Origin: Rhynchobatus australiae
Taxonomy: Eukaryota
Direction: 5' to 3'
Assembly: GCA_034780895.1 (NCBI GenBank)
Contig: JAUZTB010000076.1
Location: 42,910,639 to 42,974,638, forward strand
Length of the DNA: 64,000 nucleotides
Position numbers and translations under genes: made by a program. The notes under the pieces were generated by a model that saw only the letters and a list, made by a program, of their open reading frames with translations, did not search any database and had not been told where the DNA came from. Below, piece after piece: positions 1-12,859 of this stretch. The stretch's first letter is position 1. Every line of letters begins with the position of its first letter.

Positions 1-959
1 GTGATCAGAACTGCACACAATACTCCAACTGCCTTGAAGCAAAGAAGTTAGTTTCATTGTTTATCCACTGTTGCCAATTATAGATTAAGCAGTGCATCGG
101 GAATATTAGGATCAATATTCATTCACTCACGAATATATGGGCTAAGATGGTGGTGAACCTATGGGATATTGTTCCAATATCATTGGAGAAAGAATTGCTC
201 TGATGCAGGTGTAATTTTGTGAGTCACGTATCACGGCAAATTCCATTATCAAACATAATGCCTGGACTTCTTGAAGCAGCTGTCTGCTGTGTAAATACTT
301 GAAGTAACTTGGGGTGAACAGTTTACAAAAGTAGCAAGACAGACATAGGAGTGGGTACTCTGCTTTTCCAAAAAAAACTTTGAATTGGCGGTGGAGGAGT
401 TGGGCACCCACATAGGGGATGGGAGTGCTCAGTCTGTGCCCAAAAAGAAAAGAGGTCAAGCCTGAATAATGAACTGCATCCTGCTGTTCCAGCATTGAGC
501 ACAGCTGACCCCATCAATGTTCGTGATAACATATTCCCCAATAAATGATGTACCCCTTAAACTATCACTCCCAGGACCAACTTTTCTGTGCAAGCTTCCT
601 ACTGTTATTTGTTGCATGTTTGTGTTTGGCATTATCAAACCTCATTGCTGAATGATACATCTCATTGCCACCTGCCTCAAGGATCTGGGTGTTGCCTCGA
701 TCCCAAATGTTATTTTATAAATTCCCTATCATCAGAGAAGCCAGTCTTCAGCTAGTTTCATTCACTCCAGCTGAGAGCACAGGATATGGCAAAGACTATG
801 AGACCAGACAACATAATAGACATGTATGGAAGATCTGTGTATCCCAGCCAGAAGTGCCTCTAACCGTGCCTTTCCAGTACAACACTGACATCTCCCAAAA
901 GTGTGGAAAATTTCTCAGATGTGCCATATTCACAAACACAAGACAAATCGAACCAGATT

Positions 960-2205
960 AATTGATAATCATTCCATTAGCAAAGTGATGGAATTTGTCA
1001 TCGATAGTGCTATCAAACCGTATTTACTCTCCAAAGACTGCTGCTCATCAATGCTCAATTTGTATTTTGCGCAGAACACTTAACTTCAGAACTCGTCACA
1101 GCATTGGTCCAAACAAGGACTAAAGAGCTGAATTCTAGAAGTGAGATAAGGGCATTGGCCTTTGATACCAAAATAGATTTGACTGAGCATGGCCTCAAAA
1201 GCATTTAGTGAAACTGCAGTTTGAACGTTAAGGGGAAAACACTCCCAATGGCTCTCAATAAAGGAATAAAGCAGGGATGATTGACCTCCAATAAGTGCAT
1301 ACGTCTTCCTTTCTGCAAGGGAAATGCAACATAACTAGCACAGGGGAAGAGTGTTTTGCTTACTGGAGGTCAGTCTGGTCCCACGACATCGTTACAGGAA
1401 TTCCTCAGGGCAGTGTCCTAGGTCCAACCATCTTCAGCTGTTGCATTAATGACCTTCCTTCCATCATAATATAAGTGGTGATGATTGTATAGTATCCAGT
1501 TCAAACCACAATTCCTCAGCAAATGAAGAAGTTTTGCTTGCATGCTGCAAGACCTAGACAATATTCAAGCATGGACTAATAAGTGGCAAATAACATTTGT
1601 GCCATAAGAATGTCGGTAATGATCAACTCAAACAAGGGACCAGCCAGCTCCCCATGAATTTCAATGCCATTACTAATAGCATGTCCCCCATCATCATAAT
1701 CCTGAGGGTTATCACTGACCAGAAACATCAATGGATGAGCCATATAAAAATACTGTCTTCAAATATAGATGAGGAGCACCTCCCCCTGTGCATCAAAACC
1801 CTTTCCACCATTTACAAGGCACAGTCAGTAGTGTGACTGAATACACTGCACTTGCCAGAAAAAAATGGCTTCTTGATTAGTACCCCATCCTCCAGTGGCT
1901 GCAGTATGTACCACCTACAAAATCCACTGAAGTTTCTGCCCTTGGGCTAACCCAAAAGCACCACCCAAACCCATGACCTCTACCACCAATCAGCAGCACA
2001 GGGAGCTGGGGCATGGGAGCATCACCACCTGCATGTTCTCCTCCAAGTCATGTACTATCATTGTCATTATAGTCTAAAATCTAAAACTTCCCACCCAGCT
2101 GCTTCACCAGGTGGAATTGCAGCAGTTCAAGAAAATGGTTAATTTTTGCTTTCTCAAAGGCTATTAGAGATACGCCATAACTGCAGACCTTGCCAGTACC
2201 ACCCA
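960..2205 (+). mobile_element. Decayed LINE (CR1/L2-group) reverse transcriptase and 3' end
   Basis: Remnant peptides ISKVME.VIDSAIK, TKELNSRSE..ALAFD, GIPQGSVLGPTIFSCCINDLP with stops and frameshifts; boundaries approximate. Confidence 0.7.
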
Positions 2206-5200
2206 CGTTACCAAAAAAAGGAATTACTAAAAAAAAATAACCTGCTCAATAGTCAGTAATCAGATGTACGTGGCTAGGAACAGAATTAGGATTCTCTTTA
2301 CTAGTTTGCTACTTGTACCCATTGCCCTGGCTCCCACATACAGGTAAATCTTAGGAGTAAAACACTTATAATCAGCAACAACCTTTGGCAGGAATCAAAG
2401 CTTTTGAGAGACAACTGACAAACTGGTATATTAGAATGGTATGTGTCAACAAGGTGAACTGGAGCCATTTGGCTTTAAAGGATAAAATTTCTCAAGAATA
2501 AAAGAGCATATAACAATCCAACTTTGAATTATTTTATATCATTGGCAGAAAATCTCATGAAGATATAGTTAATGAAGATTTTGAGAAGTAATACCAGATG
2601 AAATAAGGAAGAGGACTTGATCATAGATGTAATGATCAATATCTCACTGGGACAGAACTTGCTGCCAAATTTGCAGGCCCCCTGATGTTGACTTTGGTTA
2701 TTTTCATCCCAATCCTAAATGGTGCTTTGTGTGAAGTGCAGCCATCTTGTGGGTGCCCAGAAAACAAATGAAAAGGTCCTTGGCAGCTGACTATTTTTTT
2801 TACCTCTAGCTTTGCCAGCTGTCAAAGTCTATGAATATTTCTGCAGGTTCCTGACATTTCGTAACATTCAATTAAATGTAAATTACCATATATTTACCCA
2901 TATCTGTCACAGACATTCCTCACCATTAAAATAATTAGACTCTCCACTGAACTGAACGGAGTCTGTTCTTGCACCAGGTCTAACCTTGTGTCAGTTCAGC
3001 ATTCAGATTCCCCAGCTAGGGAATCCATTGTTCCATGAAAGCACAAACAGAATTCAGCCAGCAAATTCAGAAGTTTGGCATTCACGCAGGAATCCTAAAT
3101 TTTCTGACAATTAGCAGGGAGTAAATATTGTCTACTAGCAAGTTTCAAGCCATTAACCTAGCCTAGATGATTGTGTTAACTGATAATGTTTCTCAGTAAT
3201 TCCTATTGCTTACTGGTGAAACACAGTGAGATGCACAGATGATATGATGAGACAATAATTAAAACAATATTATGCTGGCAAAGGAGACCTTCTGCACCAG
3301 AAATAGCAATGAGTTGGAATGAAGTTTGAATGTTGAATGATCATTATAGCATTATTTTCAATAGAGCCACTGTCCTGTAAAATCCACCCAAACTGGTAGA
3401 TGGAACTTATTTGAAGGCTAATGTAAGGCCAGATCCTGGGTTCAAACTCAGATTTGAAACCAAATCCATCCCTTTCTCACTACTCAGTGAAATTCTACCA
3501 TCTGGAGCCAATGTGACAATGGAACTGATGGATAAAAATACAATGTAAATCAAAAATATTAAAGGTGTGACTATTCATGCAGCAATATGTCCAAATGGAA
3601 TGCGTTCAAGAATGCTGACAGGGTCATAAACATTTCTGGGATTCTGCCGTGAAGAAAATAGCTAGTTTACCCAGATGCCTTTGATTGCTTAGCAGATGGG
3701 AAAGGAATAACAGACGGCAAAAGAATAGCAGGTAGATCTTTCTGTGGACATGTTTAAGAGATTGTAATTGGATTGGCAAGCATGAATGATGGATGCAATA
3801 AATATATCTGTGCATATTAATTTTAAAAAAGAAGAAATGGATTTGGAAATGACTAATCACTTTCAATCAGTAACAATCAATATGAAAGTTGTCATTAATA
3901 AAGCCTTTGAATACATTGATACACATCAGAATTCCTGGTTATAATGCCCATCAGGCCACTTTAATCCTGAAGCACATTGGGTGTATAGTTTGTGATGCTT
4001 TTTGTTGGTGATTATGTGCATGAGTTGGCAGTGGGATTCTAGGAGAATGGAGATGACTAAAACTCCCAGGAATCCATCTTGCTTCTTCTCGGCATCAAGA
4101 GTGTACTTGCTGTTTGCTTTTTCAAAAGGTTTTCAAGCCACCGCCCTTACTGCCGGTGTTATGACAGACCCACAACTCAGCAGAGGCTGAAGATGACAGG
4201 GTGAAGATCGGGACACCATTCTTTTCATTTTGCAGAATTTGCCCTGAAGCAATGCCATCAATTTAGCTAAACCCCAGGTAACTCTCAAATGACAATTCCT
4301 GTACTTCCACATTGAGCTTTCTTAAAGGCACATTAATTTGTTTCAGGAATTATATATTTAATTTGATTTTGTTGCAATATTATTAGCAAGACTTTTTCTT
4401 TTAATTTAGCAACAATCTTTTACATTTTCCATATCTTNNNNNNNNNNNNNNNNNNNNNNNNNNNNNNNNNNNNNNNNNNNNNNNNNNNNNNNNNNNNNNN
4501 NNNNNNNNNNNNNNNNNNNNNNNNNNNNNNNNNNNNNTCCTTTCTTACATCCTTTCTTTCTACATAGCATCTGAGACTGTAGAATGACCCTGCCTTCAGA
4601 AAGGTGGTGGATGTGAAGGAATTCCACAGGAGTTTAGAAAGGCAGGTCCACAAGATTCTGAGGCAATCTGCCCAAAACCTCCATTGATAAGAAAGCAAGT
4701 CTATTCAACCCCTCATAGTTACTTGGGTATGTCTGAGATCAGATTCTGTTCTAGATGGCAGGCTGAGCTTTATAATCTTCTGCAGTTCAACCCACTAACA
4801 AGTGCTGAACGGAGTTTTGCATGTTTTCGGGCAATCCCAAGAGTACATAGCTGGATCTTTGGAACTCATACAGGTTCTCTTCAAAAAAAAAGAACTCTAA
4901 TGAATTTGAAGGGGTTCTATTCATCAACATCTGATATGAATGGGGCCATTTATACTTTATCCTGCAGAAGTAAACCAAGTGTTTTTGGAACCAGAACAGA
5001 ACTATATTTTAAACAGTGGAATCCTCAGTAACTAGGTATATTTTGTTTTGAGATGTGGCTCATAACTCAGTCTGAAATCGAGGGATTGCTGTTGAAATCA
5101 AATATAATAAGGCACAGACCACTATGAAGATAACTCTGATATACTAAGAAAAACATTAGTACTCTATTGTACTGTCTTGTAAAAGTATCCAAAGCTATAA

Positions 5201-5679
5201 TGGAATATAAATATCAGGTACAGATTACCAGGTATAAGAATACAGAAGTAAATGAGTCTACGTCACATGACCTCCTCCTACATATACACATTATTCCTTG
5301 GTCTCTCTGGCAGTGTCCTTGGATCACCATGAATTACTAGCTAGAGTTTGAAAAAATGTACAAATGAACAAGACTGTTGCTGCCTCAGGACAAAAAGCAC
5401 ACAGCATCCTTCAAATCGTCTGTATAATTGTCACTATTTGTTTCTCAAGTATGGAAACTGAAAACTGACCATAAAGATATAGATTAGATAGAGAGGTTAA
5501 TTGGCCACTGTAAATTGCCATTAATCTGTAGGCTAGTGGTAGAATCTGAGGGGAGTTGATGGGGATAATAAAAAATGGGATTTATGTAGGATTAGTGTAA
5601 ATGGGTGGTTGATGCTCGACACACACTTGTGCCGTAGGACCTATTTCCTTGCTGTATAACCCTAGAAATGGCAGTACAA

Positions 5680-5810
5680 AATCAAAATATTGCATATGCT
5701 GAAAATCTGAAATACAAACAGAAAATGCTGGAAATTCTCAGCAGGTCAGATAGCATCTGTGTGGAGAGAAACTGAGGTAATGTTTCTGGTCAGTAACTTT
5801 TCATTAGAGG
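5680..5810. mobile_element. Short Penelope-like-element-derived repeat (degenerate)
   Basis: aaaatgctggaaattctcagcaggtcagatagcatctg motif shared with copies near 29010, 32966, 40210, 52392, 56650 and 59188. Confidence 0.55.
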
Positions 5811-8800
5811 AGAAAGGGTTCAATAGAAAAAAAAAATGAGCAAAAATATCCCATTAGTCTGTAAGTGCTTTTTTGTATCCAGTCCAAGTGTCCGAAAAGT
5901 TAAACCACTCTTCCCAGTTATTCCAGTCTTGCTCAGACTTGCACTTTATGGAAAGCTAAAAGCTTGGAAAGAGGGCAGTGTTTGGTAGAAATAGAGGAAT
6001 CCAAGCTGTTTGTGGAGGAATGGGGGAGGAGAGCTTATGCCATAGTAAACCCAGGACTAATAATGGTAAATTATACTAACTGATTTTTGCAAGAGATATG
6101 AAACTATGTTTGAAAAATGACATGAGTTTTTTCCCATTGAAAGGCACTTGGATCAGAATGTTTTGATTCAGCCATTGAATGATATCTATGATGGGATTGC
6201 TTAAAACATCACTGTTATGAAGAAGAGAGAGAGAGAGAGAGAGAGGGGGGGAGGGGGGCATCCAGGCTGGGGGTGGGTGGGGGGGAGGGGAAGGAAGAGG
6301 GCTGTGGAGGAAGTGATAGCTACAAACATGGCAGGAAGAAGCATGGTCATCAGAGCTGGTATGGGAGGGGAGTGATCGTGCTGCTGAGACAGACCACAAG
6401 TGGCAAAAGGAAGATGATGTTGGAGAACCTCGCTCTCTCTACCTGGCCCACAGGAATTGCCCAGACTCCTCCCTCCCTTTCACTGCTGGGATTCCTTCAC
6501 GGCAGCAGCAAGTTTAAAACTGGTCTCCAATGACACTGCAGGAGCCCNNNNNNTAAATAAATTAGTGGAAGGAAATTCTGCTTCCATAATGTTTCCCTTT
6601 ATAAAAAGACCCCTGACCATCCTTACTTTACATTATATATTTAAGCCTTGGTGATAATCCTCATTATGGTAAATTTAACTTAGATTCCTGTGGTCCTGAT
6701 GGTTTATCTAAACATGCTCTAATGAATGTCCCATATGGCTATTTGGAACTTATTGCAAGTTAAGCAGGATTGCAAGTTGGTGTTTCACTTGAATGGCTGT
6801 ATTAAACTGTCACAGACTGTGATTTTGGATCCCCAGTTAACAAAGAGAATTTGCACTGAGTGTCAGCAATAAACAGAGCAATTGTCCCATTCACAGCTGC
6901 TGATTACATGATGCAACTGAAAATGCTGTCCTTTTAACTTTACACATTATTACATTTGCTGACCATTAACTTCAACTGAGTATTACTTGTTCAAACCAAA
7001 GAATATTCAAAGAGTATTTAGTTTTGAGGTTCACCTTTCAGCGTGAAAATCAGGTACCCAAAGATATTGCCTCTCATGAGACAAAGAGTCCTACAAGTTG
7101 CATATTCTAAATAAAGTTTGTCTGGGTGGTACATGTAAATGTTATGAATCCTCTGTTATAGAAATTGCATGATCTTAAAAACTTCTGATAATTGAGCTTT
7201 CTTGCTACTAGCAGGTTTTACAGCAATTAATTTGAGTGGATCTATGTAATGCTTCAATTCTATGGCTTTAAGATTAAATGTATTTAAGATTTAAATGTAT
7301 TTGTATTACATTGGTTTTAAAACAAAATGCATAAGGAGACTAGGGGCCCATGTACACTGTAAAGGCCATTTTACATATTGAAGAGGTAGGAATATACATG
7401 ANNNNNNNNNNATATCATGGTGATAATATACATGATTTAAAATAGGAGATTTGAAGAAGAAGAATTTAATCCTCATTCCAACCACGGTGTTATAATCTAG
7501 TGCCGATATACTGACTCTAACCTTATGACAAGGGATGGGGGAAGCTCAAACTCTTAATAACCCTTTCATTCCTTAATGCAGAGGAACTTCAATTTCATTC
7601 CTTTTAGAGGGTCATGTTAAACACATGCTTTAAGTTCACCCTTACCATGTTTATTGGGGAAGGCCAGAGAGTGGATTTCACTGGCCTCACTCTAAGTGCA
7701 ATCCTAGTTCCCTTTCTCTGATGATATCAAGCTCAAAAATCCAAGCTTTGTAATATCTAAAGTACTCCTCTGAGTCGACTCAAGTTCTCCTCCATGTTGA
7801 TTTTCAAAAGAAAAAAAAAGTCCAGTCAAAATTCATTGATAACTTGGAACAAATTGAAAAGCGTTTGAAAATCTTTGCTAAAGATGCCACATACTGGACT
7901 TTCAAGTGATAGGAAATAAGTTGCAGACAGACTTTACATGGGGCAGGTTCAGACTGCTTTTGAGAAGTCTTCCAGTGGTTCTGTACCATAGATTAGAATG
8001 CAGAGCTGAGGAGAAAAGAAAAAATGCCATAAATTGTGGAAGTGTTGATGGAAATGTTGGTGTGACTATATTCTCTCCTTTTCCAGCCTATGAGAATTCG
8101 GGGCAGCTAAATAATAAAAAGCAACAAATGGATGGACGTTTTGATGCCTTACAATTGAGGGGACAACAAGATAAATCACAATTTTCACCTTTTATGATGC
8201 AATAACTTGCCATATTCCTTTCACATATTTGGTAACAACTTGTGAGACGATTGACAATCAGCCAAGTGACATCTGGTGCGGAAGGCAGGAGTAGGGGGTG
8301 GAAGATAAAACGTCAGATGTTATGTCTCCTACAAGGAAAGGTGCTGCGGGATGCAGAGTAAATTTGGTGGAGATGGAGGAACGAACCAAAGTACTCCAGA
8401 GGAAATGGTGACTGTGGAGGAGAGGAGAAGATGTGTCTGACAGTGGCATTACACTGATGACAGAATTTGAAGCCTTGTTCTCCAACACAAAGTGTCACAA
8501 TTTTCAACTATTGTTGCTCGTGCCCAAAAATTAACTCAGGAAATAACAATAATAAAAGCAGGCTTTTAACCATATTTTTCTTTGATCAGTAGATTACTTT
8601 GACTGAAGCTTTTAGGGCCCACTAGCGATATGGTATAACACTCAAGGGTCGTCCAAAGAGTGGAAATATTTTTTAAGATGACATATTCTGCAGCTAATTA
8701 CCTAATTTAGTTCCACTGAGATCACTTGGACCTGAATTGTGCCTAAGCAGCAGTCAACTTCCGTCATGTAAATTAACAGTAGATTTTTAAGCCTTTATTT

Positions 8801-9439
8801 GAGCAGAATAAGAGAAAGCTTCCAGAGCAGACATGCTTTTAATTCACATGTGTTCTTCTATGCTGAGGCCTTTTCACTGTGAACTTGATGGGTCTGGTAT
8901 CTGCTGTTAGTCATTTCTTATTTACCTTTTAGTACCACTTACTGGTGTTATTCCTGTGCCTTTTTTTTTCCTAATAGCTTATCCTGTAAAATAACTGAGA
9001 ATTCCCTTGAAGCTGCTCCCATTCACCATCACAAGAGGCATATAATTGCATTGGCATTCCAAGTGCAATGTGTATTTTGCAACCCAACCATTGTTAAATG
9101 CTTGATAGAGACATGGACTTAACTTACAACTCTCCCTGCCAGACACTCAGAGGGAGGATGATAGGTAGCAGTTAACTGGGAGCAGATCACTTCCAGACAC
9201 CATCCCCACCCATTAACTGATTGCAGGGAACACAATGACTGGCAGCAACCTGCCTTAATACCATGGAGCCAGGTGGACAAGTGAGGAGGAAGGCTTTTTA
9301 ATGGAGGAAGGTATAGAAGGCCTCGTCATTTGGACAGAAATATGGTAAATGCAGCTTATTTCCGAGAAGAGATAATGTAGTTGCAGATGTGCAACAAGAC
9401 GAGAGAATATATAATAAATGGTAGGATATTGAGAGCGAG

Positions 9440-10040
9440 TGTACATCCACAGGTCCTAAAGGTCAATAAGATGGTTTAAAATGCTCATGGATTCCTGTAC
9501 TTTATTAACCAAGGCACAGAATATAAGAACAGGAAGGTTATGCTAGAACTGTACATAATTCAGTATCAGACAATATTTTTCAAACTGTGCAGTTCTTTCT
9601 GGTCACTGCATTACAAGAGAGGGTGTAGAGAAGATTTAGGAGGAAATTGTCTGGACTGGAAATTCTGGTCATGAGGAAAGATTGAATGGTCTCGGATCAT
9701 TTTCTTTGGAACAGAAGACACTGAGGTCATGAAGACTTGATGGAGATACTGTATATAAAACTGTGAATGGCCCAGATGGAATAACTAGGAAGGTCCTGTT
9801 TCCCTGAATAAAGGGGCCAAATATTTAAAGTTAATGGCAAAAGGATTAGCAAAAAGATGACAAAAACAACCTAGAGCATCTCACTCCCTGAACGGGTAGT
9901 GGAGGGAGAGGAGTATTTGGATACATACTTGAACACTGCAGGGTGACTAGAAGGTAGGATGAGGCTGGATTCATTCTTTTCCAACCAGCATGGATATGAT
10001 TACTGAATGGCCTCCTTCTGTGTTATAACTTTTCTTTGAT
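9440..10040 (+). mobile_element. CR1-clade LINE 3' fragment, degenerate
   Basis: Similar to the better-preserved copies at 17392 and 48900 (tgtgcagttc..ctggtc, ggcctccttctgtgttataac tail). Confidence 0.6.
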
Positions 10041-10689
10041 TTTATTAGGGAAAACTTAGATAAAGCTGAGACTGCTTCATTCAACACTGGATGTTTTTCC
10101 TCAATGTTCTTAAACAAGCTTCTGATCTCTCATTAATACATGCTGTATCACTAATCTACACTATACCCCTTCCAAAGTATTAACTAATCTGCTGGTTTAT
10201 GGTCAAAACCAGTTGCAGTTACTCAAAGCAGCAGAGTTTTGTAGCCTTTGGGAAATTTCCAATTTTGTGTCCAAGACTTCTCCACATACAAGTAGGTGAT
10301 CAAAAGTTTTAGAGGGGAAAATATTTTACTCTCTAAATGATGAGCTTAAAAACAAAATATAGTTCAACTTTTTGTTGGATGGAGAAAGGATAGAGGGAAA
10401 CTCATCAGAGAATAAGGTAGATTAAATGTACTCCAAATTTTGCTGCAACAAGATCATAGAATGCTAAACAAAATTGTCACAATGTTGATCGAGGAGCAAG
10501 CTCGCAGAGAACCCAAATNNNNNNNNNNNNNNNNNNNNNNNNNNNNNNNNNNNNNNNNNNNNNNNNNNNNNNNNNNNNNNNNNNNNNNNNNNNNNNNNNN
10601 NNNNNNNNNNNNNNNNNNCGACCTGTACGATCAGTATGCAAGACAAGTTTTTCACTGTACCTTGGTACAATAGTAAACCAATACCAATA

Positions 10690-11170
10690 TTTGAAGTTCA
10701 AGACCTCAGATCTGTCTCAAACCTTATGGTCCACTGGGTGGCCTTGATTCCTGCCTTCCTTTATGGTCTTGACACCTTGGAATACCTACAGGAGGTATCC
10801 TGGCACTGGAGAAAACCCTTCAAATTCACTTGAAGGATAAGTGAACCAATGTCAATAGCCTCTCCCAAGCCAACATCCTCAGCACTTGAGGCCAAAATTA
10901 CACTCCACTGGCGACATTGGACAGGCCATGTTGTTTGCATCCCTGATCACTAGCCTCCTGAAACAGACAGCACCTCTCCTCTGCCGGGTGGACAGAAGAA
11001 AAAATTCAAGGATGTGCTGAATGCCTCCTTGAAGAAATGCAACATACCTGACACCTGGGTATCCCTGGCTTATAGCCACATCAGGTGGAGGAGGAGGATT
11101 TTTTTTTGGAGTGGTTTTGACAACAAGACCATTCAGAAGTGGCAGAAGAAGCAGATGATCCCACAAACTA
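10690..11170 (+). mobile_element. RTE-clade LINE 3' fragment, degenerate
   Basis: ggtggacagaagaaaaaattcaaggat..gcctccttgaagaaatgcaacata..acctgg resembles the RTE C-terminal GGQxKRxKD..ASLKKCNI..TW motif. Confidence 0.5.
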
Positions 11171-12479
11171 GCACTGGCTCCACCTGTTAATTCAAATTGA
11201 TGCAAGCTGAATTAACTTTGAATTCAAGTTCAAAACTACCATCAGTAGCAGTGACCATAAAATGACCAGGCTTCGGTAAAGATCCACTGGTTCATCGTTG
11301 CTAAGGAAACAAAATTACATGTATAGAACACCCGCGAAGAGTTAATTGGGTTTCTTTTTAAACCTGATAAAACTCTGGCAATAAATGACGATCATGCTGA
11401 ATTTACATTTAGCTTTTAAAATGCTGCAAATAGCTCTCAAAGTACCCATGTAGACTGCTGACTAATTGGTTGTCCGTGGGAGTCACTGGTCAGGTGCGTG
11501 AAGGTGGTGAAGTGAGTGAGAAACCAAACGTATGCACTGTTAAATAAAAGAAAATGATTTTGCTGAAATTGTTCAGTCTGAAATATTTTGCAAGACAAGT
11601 CTTTGTAGCAATAAGCTTGTGAATAAGGTTACTGGATAGCATTCACAATTGGCCAAGGAAGACCCATCAAGGCATCATGCTGATTCACTTTTGACATTTA
11701 AATTTACATCCTAGTGGATTGTAAAGTAGGTTAGATTCAAGCCCTTTGTATGATTGGATTAAACATCAGTGTGAATGACGAAACCCACTCCCTCCCCAAA
11801 AGAGGATGAGTTAAAGCCAGTCTTTATTACAGTGCACATTATCTTCCTCAAATTAGCGCAAGTACATTTGAAATCACAAATGCTTTCTCAGGCAGTTTAT
11901 AGAATTGATACATATATATCATGTTAGATGTGATGTTGTCATTTCAACTCAGTCTAAAGTGCAAGTTTATTAACTGGTCTTGTAAAACAAAAATAAAAAC
12001 TGAATGTCCCCCAATTTGAACTAAAAACTAAAGCTTAAATTCAACCTTTATGACTCTAGACATAATGTGCTTGATGAAGTTGCCTGACAGTTCAATTGCA
12101 CCGAACAGCTACAAAGAAATGGACTTCTTGGTTTTGACTGAGACATGGCAAAGGCACCCAACCCTGTGAAGTCCCTTCACTAACAGCTTGGGTCTGGTGC
12201 CCAAACTTAAACTGTCATATTTGACAAGAGTCTCATAACATCAGAAAATTGTGAAGAAATCTCCCCCTGATTTCCACCACATTACATCCTCATCTAATTG
12301 CTGCAAAATTTTCTCATTACAGCCTCCTAGGTTCTAGCAGCAGTGTATGGTGACCTCCTCACCTTAAGACCCAAGGGCTGTTGGTTTAAAAATTAGAAGC
12401 ATTTGGTCACAAGTCATTCGGGGAATGAAGAAAGATGAGGGCTACTAGGACTGATAAATATTCATGCATTACGTGATCT

Positions 12480-12859
12480 TGTCACAATGTTGAGCAAAGA
12501 GCAAACTCAGAACCCAAATGCAGCACACCGATACAAGACTGGAGTCAGGATACTTCCTCAGGACAAACACTGGAAGGAATCTTGCCTCAAATCAGAAGAG
12601 GAATCCCAACACAAACTGGATCTTTGAAAAGGAATAGAGAACACAGGACTGCTCTAGAGTAAACCACTCTAAGCAACTAATAACCAAAGGTAAACAAATA
12701 CTCTGGCAACTAGTGCTAGAGAAACTCAGGTACTTATGCTAGGCCCTTGATGGGGCTCAGGTGTGTGTCATTATATAATCAGTCCAGCAGGGAATCCATG
12801 TACTGGACAACAAGGCATTAGAGGAGCCAAATTGAGGGCCAGAACTCAGAACCATGACA
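12480..12859 (-). mobile_element. Probable solo LTR (Gypsy-type)
   Basis: 380-bp segment bounded by TGTCA...TGACA inverted termini; minus strand tgtcatggttctg...cacacctg...ctgcatttgggttc...gtgaca resembles fish Gypsy LTRs; no clean TSD seen. Confidence 0.5.

Noticed and set aside
4031-4078. Short imperfect hairpin (ggattctaggag / ctcccaggaatcc) as a miRNA or SECIS
   Set aside because: The stem is too short and mismatched, and the SECIS core geometry is not met.
8087-8205. Strong plus-strand acceptor (ttctctccttttccag) followed by an open frame AYENSGQ...FMMQ*
   Set aside because: No recognisable homology and no partner exons identified; compatible with chance.
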